Positions 35,101 to 47,520 of a DNA stretch of 64,000 nt are shown here, one piece after another. Positions within the stretch are counted from its first letter, which is position 1. Every line of letters begins with the position of its first letter. Source of the DNA: Scenedesmus sp. PABB004 (lineage: Eukaryota); NCBI GenBank assembly GCA_014905635.1, contig JABVCE010000015.1, positions 310,001 through 374,000 of the forward strand. Reading direction: 5' to 3'. Below the pieces are notes generated by a model. The model made no database searches. It had not been told where the DNA came from and was given only the letters and a program-made list of their open reading frames with translations. The position numbers and the translations under genes were made by a program.

Positions 35101-37459
35101 GGCGCAGGCAGAGGTGCTCGCGCGGCTGCGCCGCCTCGACTGGCCGGCGCTCGCGCACCACGTGCTGCTGGGCCAGGCCTGGCTCGTGCAGGTGCGCCCG
35201 GCGGCGCGCTGCCGCGCGGGCCGCACGCCGCGCGCCGGCCGCGGCCGTCCGACGCTCGCGCGCGGCGCCCGTCTCTGCCCGCCGCCGCGGCCCGCCGCAG
35301 GTGCAGGCGCACCAGTGGGTGCGCAACGGGGACGACCTGATCAGCGCCCTCAAGATATACTACGGGGTGCGCCGCCGCGCCCGCCCTGGCGCCGCCGCGC
35401 CCGCCCTGGCGCCGCACGCCGCCGCCGCACGCCGCCGCCGCGCGCGCGCCGCTCAATGTGCCGTCGCCGCCGCCGCCACCGCGCCACCGCCGGCACCGCT
35501 GCTGTCCCCACAGAGCGGCGAGTACCTGCTGGCGCCCGACCTGCTGCTGCTGGAGTGCTGGCTGGCCGCCACGCCGCCGGCGGACGGCGCGGGCGCGCTG
35601 CTCACGGCGCTGGGCGGGCTGCCGCTGCTGCACGCCGCGGGCCTCGCGGGCGCGGGGCTGCCCGCGCCGCCGCCCGGCGCGCTGCTGTCCGCGCTGGGCG
35701 ACCAGGGCACGCGCGCCGGGCTCGAGGCGGGCCTGCGCCTCCTCGTCGTGCTGCTGCGCGACCGCACGACGGGGGGCGAGCCGATTCGCCAGCGCTGCCG
35801 CGTGCTGCTGGTGCACTGCCTCGCCGTGGCCGACTGGACCTACACGCAGCTCTTGGAGCAGCTGCCCTCCGACCTGCAGGCGCGGCGGCGCGCCGCACAT
35901 GAAGCTGGCAGCGCCGGCGCGCCCCGGCCGCCGCCACGCCGCCGCCCGCGGCGCGGCCGCCGCGCGCCGCGACGCCCCGGCCGCCGCCCGCCGCGCCGCG
36001 CCGCGCTGCGCCGCGCGTCGCGCAGACCCAGCCGGCCCTGGTGGAGGAGGTGCTGGCGGAGCTTGCTGTCTTCCGGCAGCCCCGCCTCGGCGCCGCGGGA
36101 GCATACTGCCTCAAGTGCGGCCTCCGCCGCGCCGCGCCGCTCGCCGCTCGCCGCTCGCCGCCGGCGCCGCCGCGCCGCCGACGGCCCGCGCCGCCGACGG
36201 CCCGCGCCGCCGACGCCCCGCGCGCCCCGCGCGCCCCGCGCGCCCCGCGCGCAGGCGCGAGCACTGGCGCACCTGGGACCCCCACTTTGCGCTGTATTCC
36301 AGGCCCGCGCTGCAGCGCGCGCTCGCGCGCGCGGCAGACCTGGCGGAGCACCAGCCGTCGTGGCAGCTCGACCCGCCGCGCCACGCGCTGCCGCCGCTGC
36401 TCGCGCCGCTCGCGGCGCTGCCGGCGGCGCCCTGGTCGCTCGCGCTCGTGCGGTACGTGCTCGCCAGCGCGGCGGCGGGCGAGCCGTGGGGCCTGCCGGC
36501 CGCGGCGGCGGCGGCGGCGGAGGGCGCGGCGGCCGCGGCGCTCTCGGCGGCGCGCGCGCCGGACGCGGGCGCGGCGGACGGCGCCGAGGCGAGCGACGCG
36601 GCGGAGGCGGCCGAGGCCGCCGAGGCGGAGGCGCTCGGCGCAGCGGTGGCGGCGGCGCTCGCGGCGGCCGCGGCGCGCGGCGGCGGCGGCCCCGCGCTCG
36701 CCGCGGCGGCCGCGCCCACCGCGGCGGCCGACGTCGCGGCGCTGCTGCGCCGCGTGAGCAGTGGGCGCCGGCGGCGCCGCTCGAGCCTGCCGAGCCAGGG
36801 CTGCCAGGTCACCGAGGACATGACCCTGTCGGCGCTCAACCTGCTGAGCCTGGGCCTCGCGCACCTCGCGCAGCGCCTCGCCGCGCAGCGGCCGCCGGGC
36901 GCGGCGGCCACCCCGGCGGCCACCCCGGCGCTCGAGTGTGTCGGGCAGGCGGAGGCACAGGAGCTAGAGGAGCTGCTGGGCGGCGCCGGCGGCGGCGCCG
37001 ACGCGGGCGCAGGCAGCAGCGCCGGCGCCAGCAGTGGCGCGCCGCCGGGCATCGTGCCGTCGCTGGTGGCGCTGTCGCGCAGCCGCAGCACGCCTGGCAT
37101 GGAGCAGGGCCAGCCCGCGGCGGCGGCGGCGGCCGCGGCGGCGGGGCCGCCGGCGCCGGCGCTGAGCGACGACGTCGTCGCGTGCGCGCGCGCGCTGCTG
37201 CCGCAGGCGCAGGCGGCGCTGCGCGGTGTCCGCGGCGTGCTGCGCCCGCAGGAGGCGCACGCGGACGGCGCCGGCGAGGCGGCGGCGGGCACGGACGACC
37301 GCAAGGCCGCGGCGCGCTCGCGGCAGGAGGCGGCGCTCGCGCGCATGCGGGCGCAGCAGGCGGCGTTCATGGAGACCGCCGCGCGCATGGACATCGACAC
37401 CGACAGCGACAGCTGCGACGACGACGACGGCCTCGGCGCCCCCCAGCAGGCGGGCGGCG

Positions 37460-37493
<34 letters not shown>

Positions 37494-38579
37494 GCCGCCA
37501 CAGCAGCAGGAATGCGGCGCGGCGGCCGCGGCCATGGGCGTGGACCGTGGCGCTGCGGCGGGCCCATCCGCGGCGGCAGCGGGCGGAGCGGCAGCGGCGC
37601 GCAGCAGCGGCGGCGGCGGCGACGGCCAGCCGCTGTCGTTTGAGCGGAGCTTGGACATGGTGCAGTGCGAGCAGGAGGGGGAGCAGCAGCCAGGCGCCGG
37701 GGGCGCGCCGCCGCTGGCGCCGGCGCCGGCGGCGCAGCAGGGGGAGGGCGGCGGTGCAGCGGCCCCGCGCCAGCCGAGCCCCGCACCGGCGGCCCCCGCG
37801 CAGCGTGTCGTGCTGGGGCGGCTGGTGCAGCTGGACGGCGAGTGTGTGGTGTGCCGGGAGGACGACGCCAGCCGGGGCCCGCTCGCCTGGCTCGCGCACA
37901 TCCAGGTGCGGGCGGCGGCTGGCGGGGGCGCTGCGGGCCGCTGCGCCTGAGCCGCAGCTGAGCACGCGCCGCGCCGCGCCGCCGCCGCACGCCCAGGTTT
38001 GTGGGACCATGTCGCACGCGCTCAAGACCCAGGCGCCGTGGAGCAGCCCGCTCAACCCCGGCGCGGCGCGCGACCCGCGCGCGCCTGGCGGCGCCGGCGA
38101 CGGCGGCGGCGCGCCCGACGACGACGCCGACGGCGACGGCGGCGCCGGCCCCCGCGGCGAGCCGCGCGGACTGCCTGGCTACATGCGCTGGGCCCAGCGG
38201 GGCGTGCAGTACGCGACGTATGACGTGGTGCCGGGCTGGCACGTCGCGTGCTGCGGGCACATGATGCACACCGGCTGCTACGCCCAGCACCGGTGCGCTG
38301 CGCGGCCGGCGCGCGCGCGCGGGGCGCGGCGCGGTCCGGCCGCCGTGCTGCTGACGCGCCGCCGCGCCGCCGCGTTGCCGCGCCGCCCGACAGGCAGCAG
38401 CTGCTCGCGCTCGCGCGCGCGCGGCAGCCCTTCCCCGGCGCGGACCTGCTGGCGCCAAACAGTGCCGAGATGCTCTGCCCGCTCTGCCGCCGCCTGGCCA
38501 ACTTCCAGCTGCCGGCGGTGGGGCTGGGCTGCGGCGCCGACAGCCTGCGGCTGCCGTCAGCGCAGCCGGAGGAGCAGAA

Positions 38580-38623
<44 letters not shown>

Positions 38624-40505
38624 CGCAGCAGCAGCAGGCAGAACAGCAGGAGCAGGAGCAGCAGCAGGAGCAGCAGGAGCAGCAGCAGCAGCAGCACGCG
38701 GGGCCGGGGCCGCCAGGGCAGGCAGACGCCATGGAGGTGGACGTCGATGCCGGCGTCGGCGCGCCGCCGGACGCCGCGCAGCAGCAGCTGCAGCAGCAGC
38801 CGCACGGCACACGGGTCGGCGCGCTGGGCGGATATGTGATGGGCGTGGTGCAGCACATGCTCGGCCGGCAGGGCGCCGCACCGGACGCGGCGCACGCGCC
38901 GGACGGCCTCGCGCCCGGCGCCGACGCGGCCGGCCCAGGCCCGGGCCTCGGCACGCCCGCGCACGGCGCGGGGGGCCTGGAGAGCTCGCCGCGCGTCGGC
39001 GCGCTGCTGCGCGGCCTGCTGGGCCAGGTGCAGCGTGAGCGGCTGGAATGGAAGAACCTGCTGGCCGCCGCGCTCAAGAATCTGGTGCGGCGGCGCGTGC
39101 GGCGGCGCGCGGCGGCGCGTGCGGCGGGGGCGCGCGCGGGCGTGCTGGCGCGGCACCCGGGCGGCGCTGAGGCCGCCCGCCGCCGCAGGGCGACTCGGCG
39201 CACGCCGGCCTGCCGCGGCTGCTGGAGCAGCAGGCGGCGCAGCAGGGGCTGCAGGCGCAGCAGCACCAGCACCAGCAGCCCGCGGCGGGGGCGGTTGACC
39301 CGGCGATGCCAGCGGCCGCGCCGGCAGCGGCTGGCGGTGACGCTGCCGAGCCCGCCCAGGGCCTGCCCTCGTGGCAGCTGCAGTCGCTGCAGCAGGTCCT
39401 GCTGGGGCAGCAGCAGCAGCAGCTCGCGGCGGCGGGCGCGGCCGCGGGCACCGCCGCCGCCGCGTCCGCCTCCACGGCGGCGCTGCTGCCGGCGGTGCTC
39501 TGGGCGGCGCTGGGCCACGGCATCGCTCAGTGCGAGGCGCTGATGCGGCCGCTGCCGGCCGGCGCGTTTGTCGCGACATGCGAGGCCGACGGCGGCGGCG
39601 ACGCCGGGCAGGGTGCCAGCAGCAGCGGCGGCGGCGGTGCCGGCGCCGGCGCGTGCGCAGCGCCCGGATCGGCCGACGGCAGCGGCGGCGGCGGCAGCGC
39701 GGCCGCCGCCACGGCCGCCGCGAGCGCGAGCACCGCCGCGCTCGGCACGCAGGCGGTGCTCGCAGCGGCGCAGTGGCGCGCGCTGTCGGCGATCGCTGCG
39801 CTCGCTGTCCTGGAGATGGGGTGCCGCGGCCCGGAGTGCACCGGGGCGGCCCCGCCCGTGGCTGACGGCGCGGACGGCAGCGCCGGCGCGGCGGCGGCGT
39901 CCGCGCAGCAGCAGCAGGAGGGCTTCGTGCGGCTGCTGGGCTGGCTCTCTGGCGCGTCTGCGGGCGGCGGCGGCGGCGGCGATGGCGCCAATGGCAGCGC
40001 GTCGGTGCCAGGCTGCGTCGACAGCGGCTCGGTGCTGCCGCCGGCGGTGCACTGGCGCGGCGCCGCCGCGGCGGCGGCCGCCGACACGGCGGCCGTCGCG
40101 GCGCGCCTGGGCGGGCGGCGCGTCGCGAGCCTGAGCCCGACCGAGCTGGTCACGACGCTGCGCGGCGCGGACGTCACCATCAGCCAGGCGCCGCGCTCGG
40201 CGACGGGCGGCGGCGGCGGCGGCGAGCCGCGCGCGACCGTGCACGCCACCATTCCGGGCGTGAGCAAGTGGCCTGTCCTCGTGAAGCCGCCGTCCCTGGG
40301 CGGCGTCGGCGGCGTCGTGGTGGTCCCCAGCGGCGGCGCCGACGGCGAGCTCGGCGCGGCCTTTGGCGCGTGGGCGCAGGTCGCCGCGCTGGGCGACCCC
40401 TGGCTCCTGCTGGTCGAGGCCCTCGCCGCCGGCCTGCGCGTCGCCGCAGTCACCGCGCAGTGGCAGCGGCAGCGCTGGCAGGCGTGGCAGGAGCAGCCGC
40501 AGGCG

Positions 40506-40537
<32 letters not shown>

Positions 40538-40844
40538 GGGCCGGCCCGGCCGCGGCAGCGGCCCGCAGCAGCCGGCGGGCGGCGCCGAGGGCGACGTCGC
40601 GGCGTGGCTGCAGGCGCCAGCGGAGCTCCTGCACCACCTGCTGCTGCAGCTCGCGCCGGCGGCGGCGGCGCAGGCCGCGCTCTGGGCGCTCGCGCAGCTG
40701 CAGGCCCTGCCGGCCTGGCTGGGTGCGGCGCTGCAGCCCTGCCTGGCGGCGCTCCACGCCGCGGGCGGCGACGACCGCGGACCGCTGCAGGCCGCGGCGG
40801 TGCTGTCGGCGCTGCGCGCGCTGTCGGCGCAGCTGGCCACGAGC

Positions 40845-40875
<31 letters not shown>

Positions 40876-41841
40876 GCGCGGCACAGGCGCTGGCGGACGC
40901 GGCGGCGGCGCAGCTGCTGCCCTACCTCACCCGCGCCTACCTGCTGCGACAGCTCCTGCTCCAGCAGCCCGCGGCGCCACACCTGCTGGAGAGCTATGCC
41001 CGGGTCGGCGGCGCCGGCGGCGCCGCCGCGGCGCGCGCGCACGCGGGCGCGCTGCTCGCGGAGCTGGCGTTGCCGCCGCTGCGCGCGCTGCTCGCGGCCG
41101 CGCTCGCCGCGCCCGCGGCGGCGCGCGGCGCGCGCGGCGCCGCGCCGCCGCCGGCGTGGCTCGCGCCGGCGCTGCGCGGCCACGCGGCGCGCCGGCTCGC
41201 CGCCGCCGCGGCCGTCGCGGGCGCTGCAGGCACGCCGCCGCGGGCGCTCGCGCGGCTGCCGCGGCGGGCGTGCTTCATGGCGCTGCCTGAGCAGTACCAG
41301 TCCCTCTACCTCGCGCTCGCTGAGGTCGCGTGCGGGTTGTGCGGCCGCGTGCCGGAGCACCCGGGGCTCTGCCTCGTCACCGGCCGGTGTGCGCGCGCGC
41401 GCGCGCCTGCGCGCTTCGCCCCTCGCGCGCTGGCGCTTGCGCGCGCGCTCGCGCTGGCGCTTGCGCGCGCGCTCGCGCGCGCGCCGGTGTTGATCCCCCG
41501 CCCCGCCGGCGGCCCCACGCGCGCGCAGGCTCGTGTGCTCCACGCCCGGCTGCCCCGCGTCGCCCGACGGCGGCGCGTCGGCGCTCATCGTCGCGCAGGG
41601 CGGCGGCGCGGCGGGGCTGCTGAGCATGCGCAGCAGCCGCTTCATCGCCGAGCGCCCGCTGCGCACGACGACGTGCCAGTCGCCGTACCGCGACACGCAC
41701 GGCGAGGACTGGTCGAGCCGAAACTGGGGCCGCCCGCTCACGCTGCGCCGCGAGGTGTACGGCCTGCTCAGCCACCTCTGGGCGGCCGCGGGCTTTGACT
41801 TTGACTCATACGTCCTCCACCACGCCGTGCTGCTCGGCTGA
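32133..41841 (+). CDS. Large UBR-box/RING E3 ubiquitin ligase (UBR1/2/3-PRT6 family, UBR3-like); about 17 exons
   Basis: UBR box [50 protein letters not shown]; winged-helix region [15 protein letters not shown]; split [27 protein letters not shown]-terminal SPYRDTHGE. Confidence 0.88.
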
Positions 41842-42406
41842 CGCGGGCGCGCGCGGGCAGCGCAGGACGCACGGCGGGCGGCGCGCGGGGCGGCGGCGCG
41901 GGGGGCCACGCTCGGGCGCAGTGGCGGGGGCACCTTCGGGGGGCTGCGCACGGGCGCGGCGCGGGGGTGGCGGGGGCTGCTTTCTCGCGCGGCGGGGGCT
42001 GCTTTCTCGCGCGGGCGGGGCGGGGCCTGCAGGTTGGCGCGGCGCCGCGAGCGCGCGCGCGACGCGCGGGCGCGAGGCCTGCGGCGGGCTGGCGCGCGCG
42101 CCGGTGCAACGAGCGAGGGCACGCGCCGCGCCGACCAGAGTGTCACCGAGGGCGCTCGAGCAGCAGTCTCGTCCGAGGATCCGGCGGCGCGGAGGGCGCC
42201 GAGCCGCTCAGGCAGTGCCGCGCTCACTCGCTGCGGGCAGGCGCGCGGGCGCACGGGCGCGCCGCGCGCGAGCCTCACGCAGCCTCGCACACGCCGCGCG
42301 AGCGCACGCCGCGCCGCGCCACACCCCGCCGCCGGCGCGCGCGCGCCGGGGCGGGAGTCCGAAGAGAACACGCCCCGCCGAGAGGGGGCCGCCGTCACCG
42401 CTGCGC

Positions 42407-43010
42407 TCACTGCTGCGGCTGCTCGCCGCCGTCGTCGCCGCCCCGCGCGCCCTCGTCGCCGCGCCCGCCGCCGCCGGCGCCGCCGCCGCCGCGGCGCCCG
42501 CGCCCCCCGCCGCCGCCGCCGCCGCCGCCGTAGCCGCCGCCGCCCCACTGCTGCTGCTGCTGCGCCGCCTGGGGCGGCGGCGCCGCGTACGCGTAGGCGC
42601 CGGGCGGCGCGTAGCCGCCGTAGGCGCCGGCGTACGCCGCCTGGTACTGATAGGCCATGGCTGCGGCCGCGGCCGCGGCGGGGCCGTAGCCCGCGGGGAC
42701 CATGCCCGCCGGCGCGCCGTACGGCATGCCCCCGTAGGCCTGCGCCGGCCCGCCGCCGCCGGCCCCAGCAGCCTCCGCGCCGGCGTAGCCACCCGCCTGC
42801 TGCTGCTGCTGGCCGTAGCCGGCGGCGTAGCCGTACGCCATCTGCTGCTGCTGCTGCGGCGGCTGCTGCTGCGGGGCCTGCCCGCCGGCGCCGTTGGACT
42901 GCTGCCCGTAGCCGCCGCCGCCGCCGCCGCGCCCGCCGGCCGGCGGCGGCGGCGGCGGGCGGCCGCCGTAGCCGCCGCTGCCGGCGCGGCGGAAGCCGCC
43001 CTGGCCATCG

Positions 43011-43067
<57 letters not shown>

Positions 43068-45211
43068 GCGTAGCCGCCGGCGCCGTTGCCCGCGTCCGGC
43101 CCGCTGTAGCTGCGCTCCGGCCCGCCGCCGCCGTACGGTTGCTGCTGCTGCTGCTGCTGCTGCTGCCGGCCGCCGCCGTAGGCCTGCTGCTGCTGCGGGC
43201 CGCCGCCGTAGGCCTGCTGCTGCGGGCCGCCGGGGCCGCGCTGCCCGTAGTACTGCGGCTGCATCACCATGCCCGGGGCGCCGTACATCACGGGAAACTG
43301 CGCGCGGCAGTGCGCGGCGCGGGCGGGGCGCGTGGCGCGTGGGCGCGCGGCGCAGTGCGAGGGCGCGGCGCGGCGCAGCGCGGCGCGAGGGTGACCGGCC
43401 GAGCGCACCTCTGAGCCGTAGGTCGGCACCACGTACATGCCGCCCGGCGCGCCCGGCGGCGCGCCGCCGTACCCCGGGTCAAAGCGCTGCTGGTAGCTGC
43501 GGCGGCGGCGGCGGCGGCGGCGCGCGTGGGCGTGGCGCCGGGTGCCGGCGGGGCCGCGCAGCCCCCCCCCCCCCCCCGGCTGCAGGCTGCGGCGGCGAGC
43601 GCACCGGTCCACGCCGCGGCGGTAGTCAGGGTCGTGCACGTCGCGCTCGCGGTCGCGGTACACGGCCTTGGGCCCGCCCGGCCCGCCGCCGCCGGCGCCG
43701 CCGGCGCCGCCGCCCGCCGGCGCCGCCGCGCCGCCGCCGCCCGGCGCGTCGTCGCACACGCCGTCGCCGGCGCCGCCCGGCAGCGCGCCGTCGCCGGCCG
43801 CGCCGGCGCCGCGGCCGCCCGCGGGCGCGCCGCGCCCGCCGCCGCGGCCCGCGCCGCGGCCGGGTTGACCAGGTTGAACCCCCGCTCCCCCGCGGCGGGC
43901 GGGACGGCGGCCATCATGCCCGCGCCCGCGCTCGCGCTGCCCGAGCTCGGCGGGCGGCTGCCGTAGCCGTTGGCGGGCGGCGGGCCGCCGGGGTAGGGCC
44001 CGCCAGGGTAGGGCATCGCGCCGGGCATCATCATGCCGGGGTACGGCCCGCCCGGGCCGGGCATCATGGGCGGTATGCCGCCGAGCAGGCGCTGCCGCGC
44101 CTCGGCGTACTCCATCTCGCGCTCGCGCTGGCTCTTGCGCCGCGGCGGCGCGCCGTGCGGGCCGGCCGGGCCGCCGTGCGGGCCGCCGTGCGGGCCGTGG
44201 TGCGGGCCGTGGTGGGGGCCGCCCATCGCCGCGGGCGGGCGGCGCATGAGCGCCTTGGGCTCCAGCCGGATGGCCGCGACGTCGATGCTCGCCAGCGGCA
44301 GCGGCGGCTGCGGCGCGGCGCGGCGGCGCGTCGTCGGCGCGCGCCCGCGCGCAAGCATAGCCCCCGCGCCGCCGGCGCACCGCTGCCGCGCGGCCCGTGG
44401 CAGCGCAGCGCACCTGGGGCGGCAGCGGCGCGCCGGCGGGCGGCTTGCGCGCGACGACGCGCGGCTGGCCCGCCTCGAACGCCGTCGTCGTCGACAGCAG
44501 GTGGTGCTGCGACACCTTGTGCTCCAGCAGGCGCTGCGGGGCGTCGGGGCGGCGGGGCGGCGGTCGGGGGCGCCGCGGACGCTGCGCGGTGCCTCCCCGG
44601 GCGCGGGGGGCCTGGCACCGCCCGATGCTGCTGCTCCCGGCCCGCTGCCGTCGTGAGCGCGGGCCCAGCGGCCACGCGCGGCGGCGCGATCGTGCCGCAC
44701 CTGGTAGTTGCTGGTCGAGGGCGCAAAATCCAGCACCTGCGCCTCGCCGTCCGCAAGAAAGGCGAGCACGGCCTCCTCGAGGCGCACCACTGCGGCGGCG
44801 CGGGCGCGCGCGGGGCGGTGGGCGGCCTGACGGGCGACACGGCGCCCGAGCGTCGTCCCGCGCGGCCCGCGGGGGCGCACCGGAGTCGCGGTTGGCCACG
44901 AGCGCCTGCTTCAGCGCCGGGTCGACGCCCCTCGCCGCGTCCGGGGCGCTGGGCGCCGGCTGCTGCGCCTCCGGCGGCGCTTCGACCTCGCCCGCATCGT
45001 CGCCGGGCCTGCGGGCGCGGTGCGGGCCTCGGCGGCGCGCCGCGGGCGCGACAGCAGCGAGCCCATCACCCCGCCCGCACCCGGCTGCTGGCGCGCCCTC
45101 CGGCTCTCCCTTCGCCTCCGGCGGCGTCAGGTCGGCGGGCGTCGCCTCGGGCGCGATGCTCAGGCCCGCCAGCGCCTCCGTGGCGGCCTCAGCCGGCTCG
45201 GCGTCGGACAT
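42407..45211 (-). CDS. R3H and SUZ domain RNA-binding protein with RGG and Q/G/Y prion-like tail; apparent 1-nt frameshift near 43862
   Basis: R3H STSNYQ/RLLEHKVSQHH, SUZ KSQREREMEYAEARQRLLG and KAVYRDRERDVHDPDYRR; six GT-AG introns. Confidence 0.8.
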
Positions 45212-45505
45212 AAGGCCTGCCGGGCGCGCGGGCGCGCGCAGCGAGCTGGGAGAGCGGCCGAGTGATCAAGCGAATCGGAGGACTGCCGGCCGGACGCCGG
45301 GCCGCGGGACAGCAGCGCGGCGCCGCGGCCGCGGCGGCGCACGGCGCTGCGCTTCTGCGGGCGCGGCGGCGGCAGCCGCCTGCCGACCAGTGACGGTGCG
45401 TGTGTGCCGGCCCTCTCGTCCGTCCTCCCCGCCACCCCGCCACGCGCTGCGCCGCCCGCGCCGCCGCCGTGCGCGCAAGTACAAGGCGAGCTCGGCCGCG
45501 CCGCG

Positions 45506-47229
45506 ATGGCGCGCCGCTCCGCGGCTCTGCTGGCGCTGGCCCTGATCGGCATGGTGCGCGCGAGGGGCGCTCGGCGCGCGCGCAGGGCAGCATCGCGCAG
45601 ACGGGCGCGCCAACCGCCGCGCCGCGCCGCGCTCGCGGCGCGCGCCGAGGCCCCTGGTGCCCGGGCACACGCGCCCAGCCGCCGCCGGGCGCGCCGCCTG
45701 GTGCTGCAGCGGCGGGCTCGCCCGCCGCACGCCGCGCGCCCGCCGCTGCGCGGCGGTTTCGCTCAACCGACGCGCCCGGGCGGTGACGCCTGCCGCCGCG
45801 CGCCGACCCGCGCCGCCCGCGCGCGCAGGCCGCCGGCCTAGTGGGTGCAGCGGCACAGTCTGCCCCCGGGCAGCCGGCCCCCGCTGCGGCGCGCCGCATG
45901 CTCAGCGGCCGCGCGCTGGCGCAGGCGCAGGCCGAGGCCGAGCCCGGCCTCGAGGGCGCCGAGGCGGCGGCGGCCGGCGGCGGCAGGCCGGCGCCGCGCG
46001 CCGCAGCGCCCGGCCGCGCTGGACGGGGCAGGGGCGCCGAGCCCCGCGCGCCCCGCCGTGTCCGGCGCGTGCGGCCAGGCGCGCCGGCGAGCACCGCGGT
46101 CGCGCCCGTGGCCGCCGTGGCGGCGCCAGTGCAGGTGGCCGCCGCGGCGGCGCCCGTGCCGGTGGCGGTTGCAGAGCCCGTGCCTGCGGCCGCGGCGGTG
46201 CCCGCGCCTGTGGCCGCCGCGGCGGAGCCCCAGCCTGCTGCGTCCCAGCAGGACCCGCCCCTTTACACTCCCTATCAGCCGGGCGCGCTCGAGGCGCGCG
46301 CCGCGCGCGAGCAGGCCCTGGAGGAGGAGCAGCGCGCGCTGGCCGAGCAGGAGCAGCAGGCCGCGGAGCCCAAGGCTGCCGCGCCCCCGGCGGTGCCGCC
46401 GGCGGCCGCGCCCGTGGCGGCGGCGCCGGCGGCCAAGCCCGCGGCGGCGCCCGCGGCCCAGCCCGCAGCGCCGGCCAAGGCCCCCGCGCCGGCTGCACCG
46501 GCAGCGGCGCCCGCCAAGCCCGCAGTGCCGGCCGCGCCCCCAGCGGCCGCGCCTGCGGCACCCGCTCCCCAGCCCGCGCCCGCCCCCGCGCCGGCCGTGG
46601 CCGTCAGCCTGCTGCCGTGGGCCGCGTGCGGCGGCGCCGGCGACCCCTGCCCCGCCGCGCTGCGCGGCGCCGGCAAGTGCCTCGACGCGCCCTGGGAGGT
46701 GCGCCGCGCGCCGCGCGCCGCGCGGCGCGCCCTCGCCGGCTGCCGCGCGCCTGCCAGGCGTGCTGGAAGACCATGACGCACCGCACCGACCCCGCGCCGC
46801 CGCCGCCGCCGCCGCCCGCAGGGCCACGCCTGCTCCTCCGGCACCGCCTGCGCGCGCGTGCACGAGTGGTACTGGCACTGTGCGACGTCCGCGCCCGCGG
46901 CGGCGACCGCGGCGCCGGCCGCGGCGGCGCCCGCGGCGCCCGCCGGCGGCGGCGGCGGGGCCACGGTCGCGGGCATCTGGCAGGCCTGCGGCGGCGCGGG
47001 GGCGACCTGCCCCGCGGCGGTCGTCGCAGCGGGGCTCTGCCAGGACGCTGCGTGGGCGGTGCGCGCCGCCGCCTGGGGGCGCGGCGCGTGCGCCCTGGCG
47101 CCGCGGCGCCGCCCCGGCCGACGCAGCTCGGGGCCGCCCCGCCGCGCCGCGCAGACGTACACGTGCGCCACCGGCCTCGCCTGCACCCGGCTCAGCCAGT
47201 GGTGGTGGTCATGCCAGCCGGCGATGTGA
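45506..47229 (+). CDS. Secreted Ala/Pro-rich protein with two CBM1-like (cellulose-binding) Cys/Trp modules; 4 exons
   Basis: Signal peptide MARRSAALLALALIGM/AAGLVGAA. Modules WAACGG..C..C.DAPWE/GHACSSGTACARVHEWYWHC and WQACGG..C..C.DAAWA/TYTCATGLACTRLSQWWWSC. Confidence 0.8.
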
Positions 47230-47520
47230 GGGGCGCCCTGTTCGCTGTACTCTCCTGCCTAGCCTGTACCCCTGCCTGGGACCTGGCGTGTGACCCGGGC
47301 GCAGAGCGTTGTGCGGCGCGCCGGCTGCTCGAGCGATCCGAGTTTGATTGCTCGCGAGCACAGCACGGCGACCGATTCAATTTTATAGAACCAAGCTGAC
47401 TGCAGGCTGCCGTGCTCGCGTCGCTGGGCGCTCTCAACTTTGGGCAGGGGGTGCCGCTGGTTGGCCGGGGCGGGGGCATTCAGAGATTTTGACGGTTGCA
47501 AGCGCGACACGCGTGCAACG

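Noticed and set aside
362..45213. Very long six-frame ORFs (e.g. 362-3748, 33708-37643, 38052-42548, 42034-45213) as intronless or overlapping genes
   Set aside because: They translate to Arg/Ala/Pro/Gly-rich noise because stop codons are rare at this GC content; conserved motifs only join up through spliced models.
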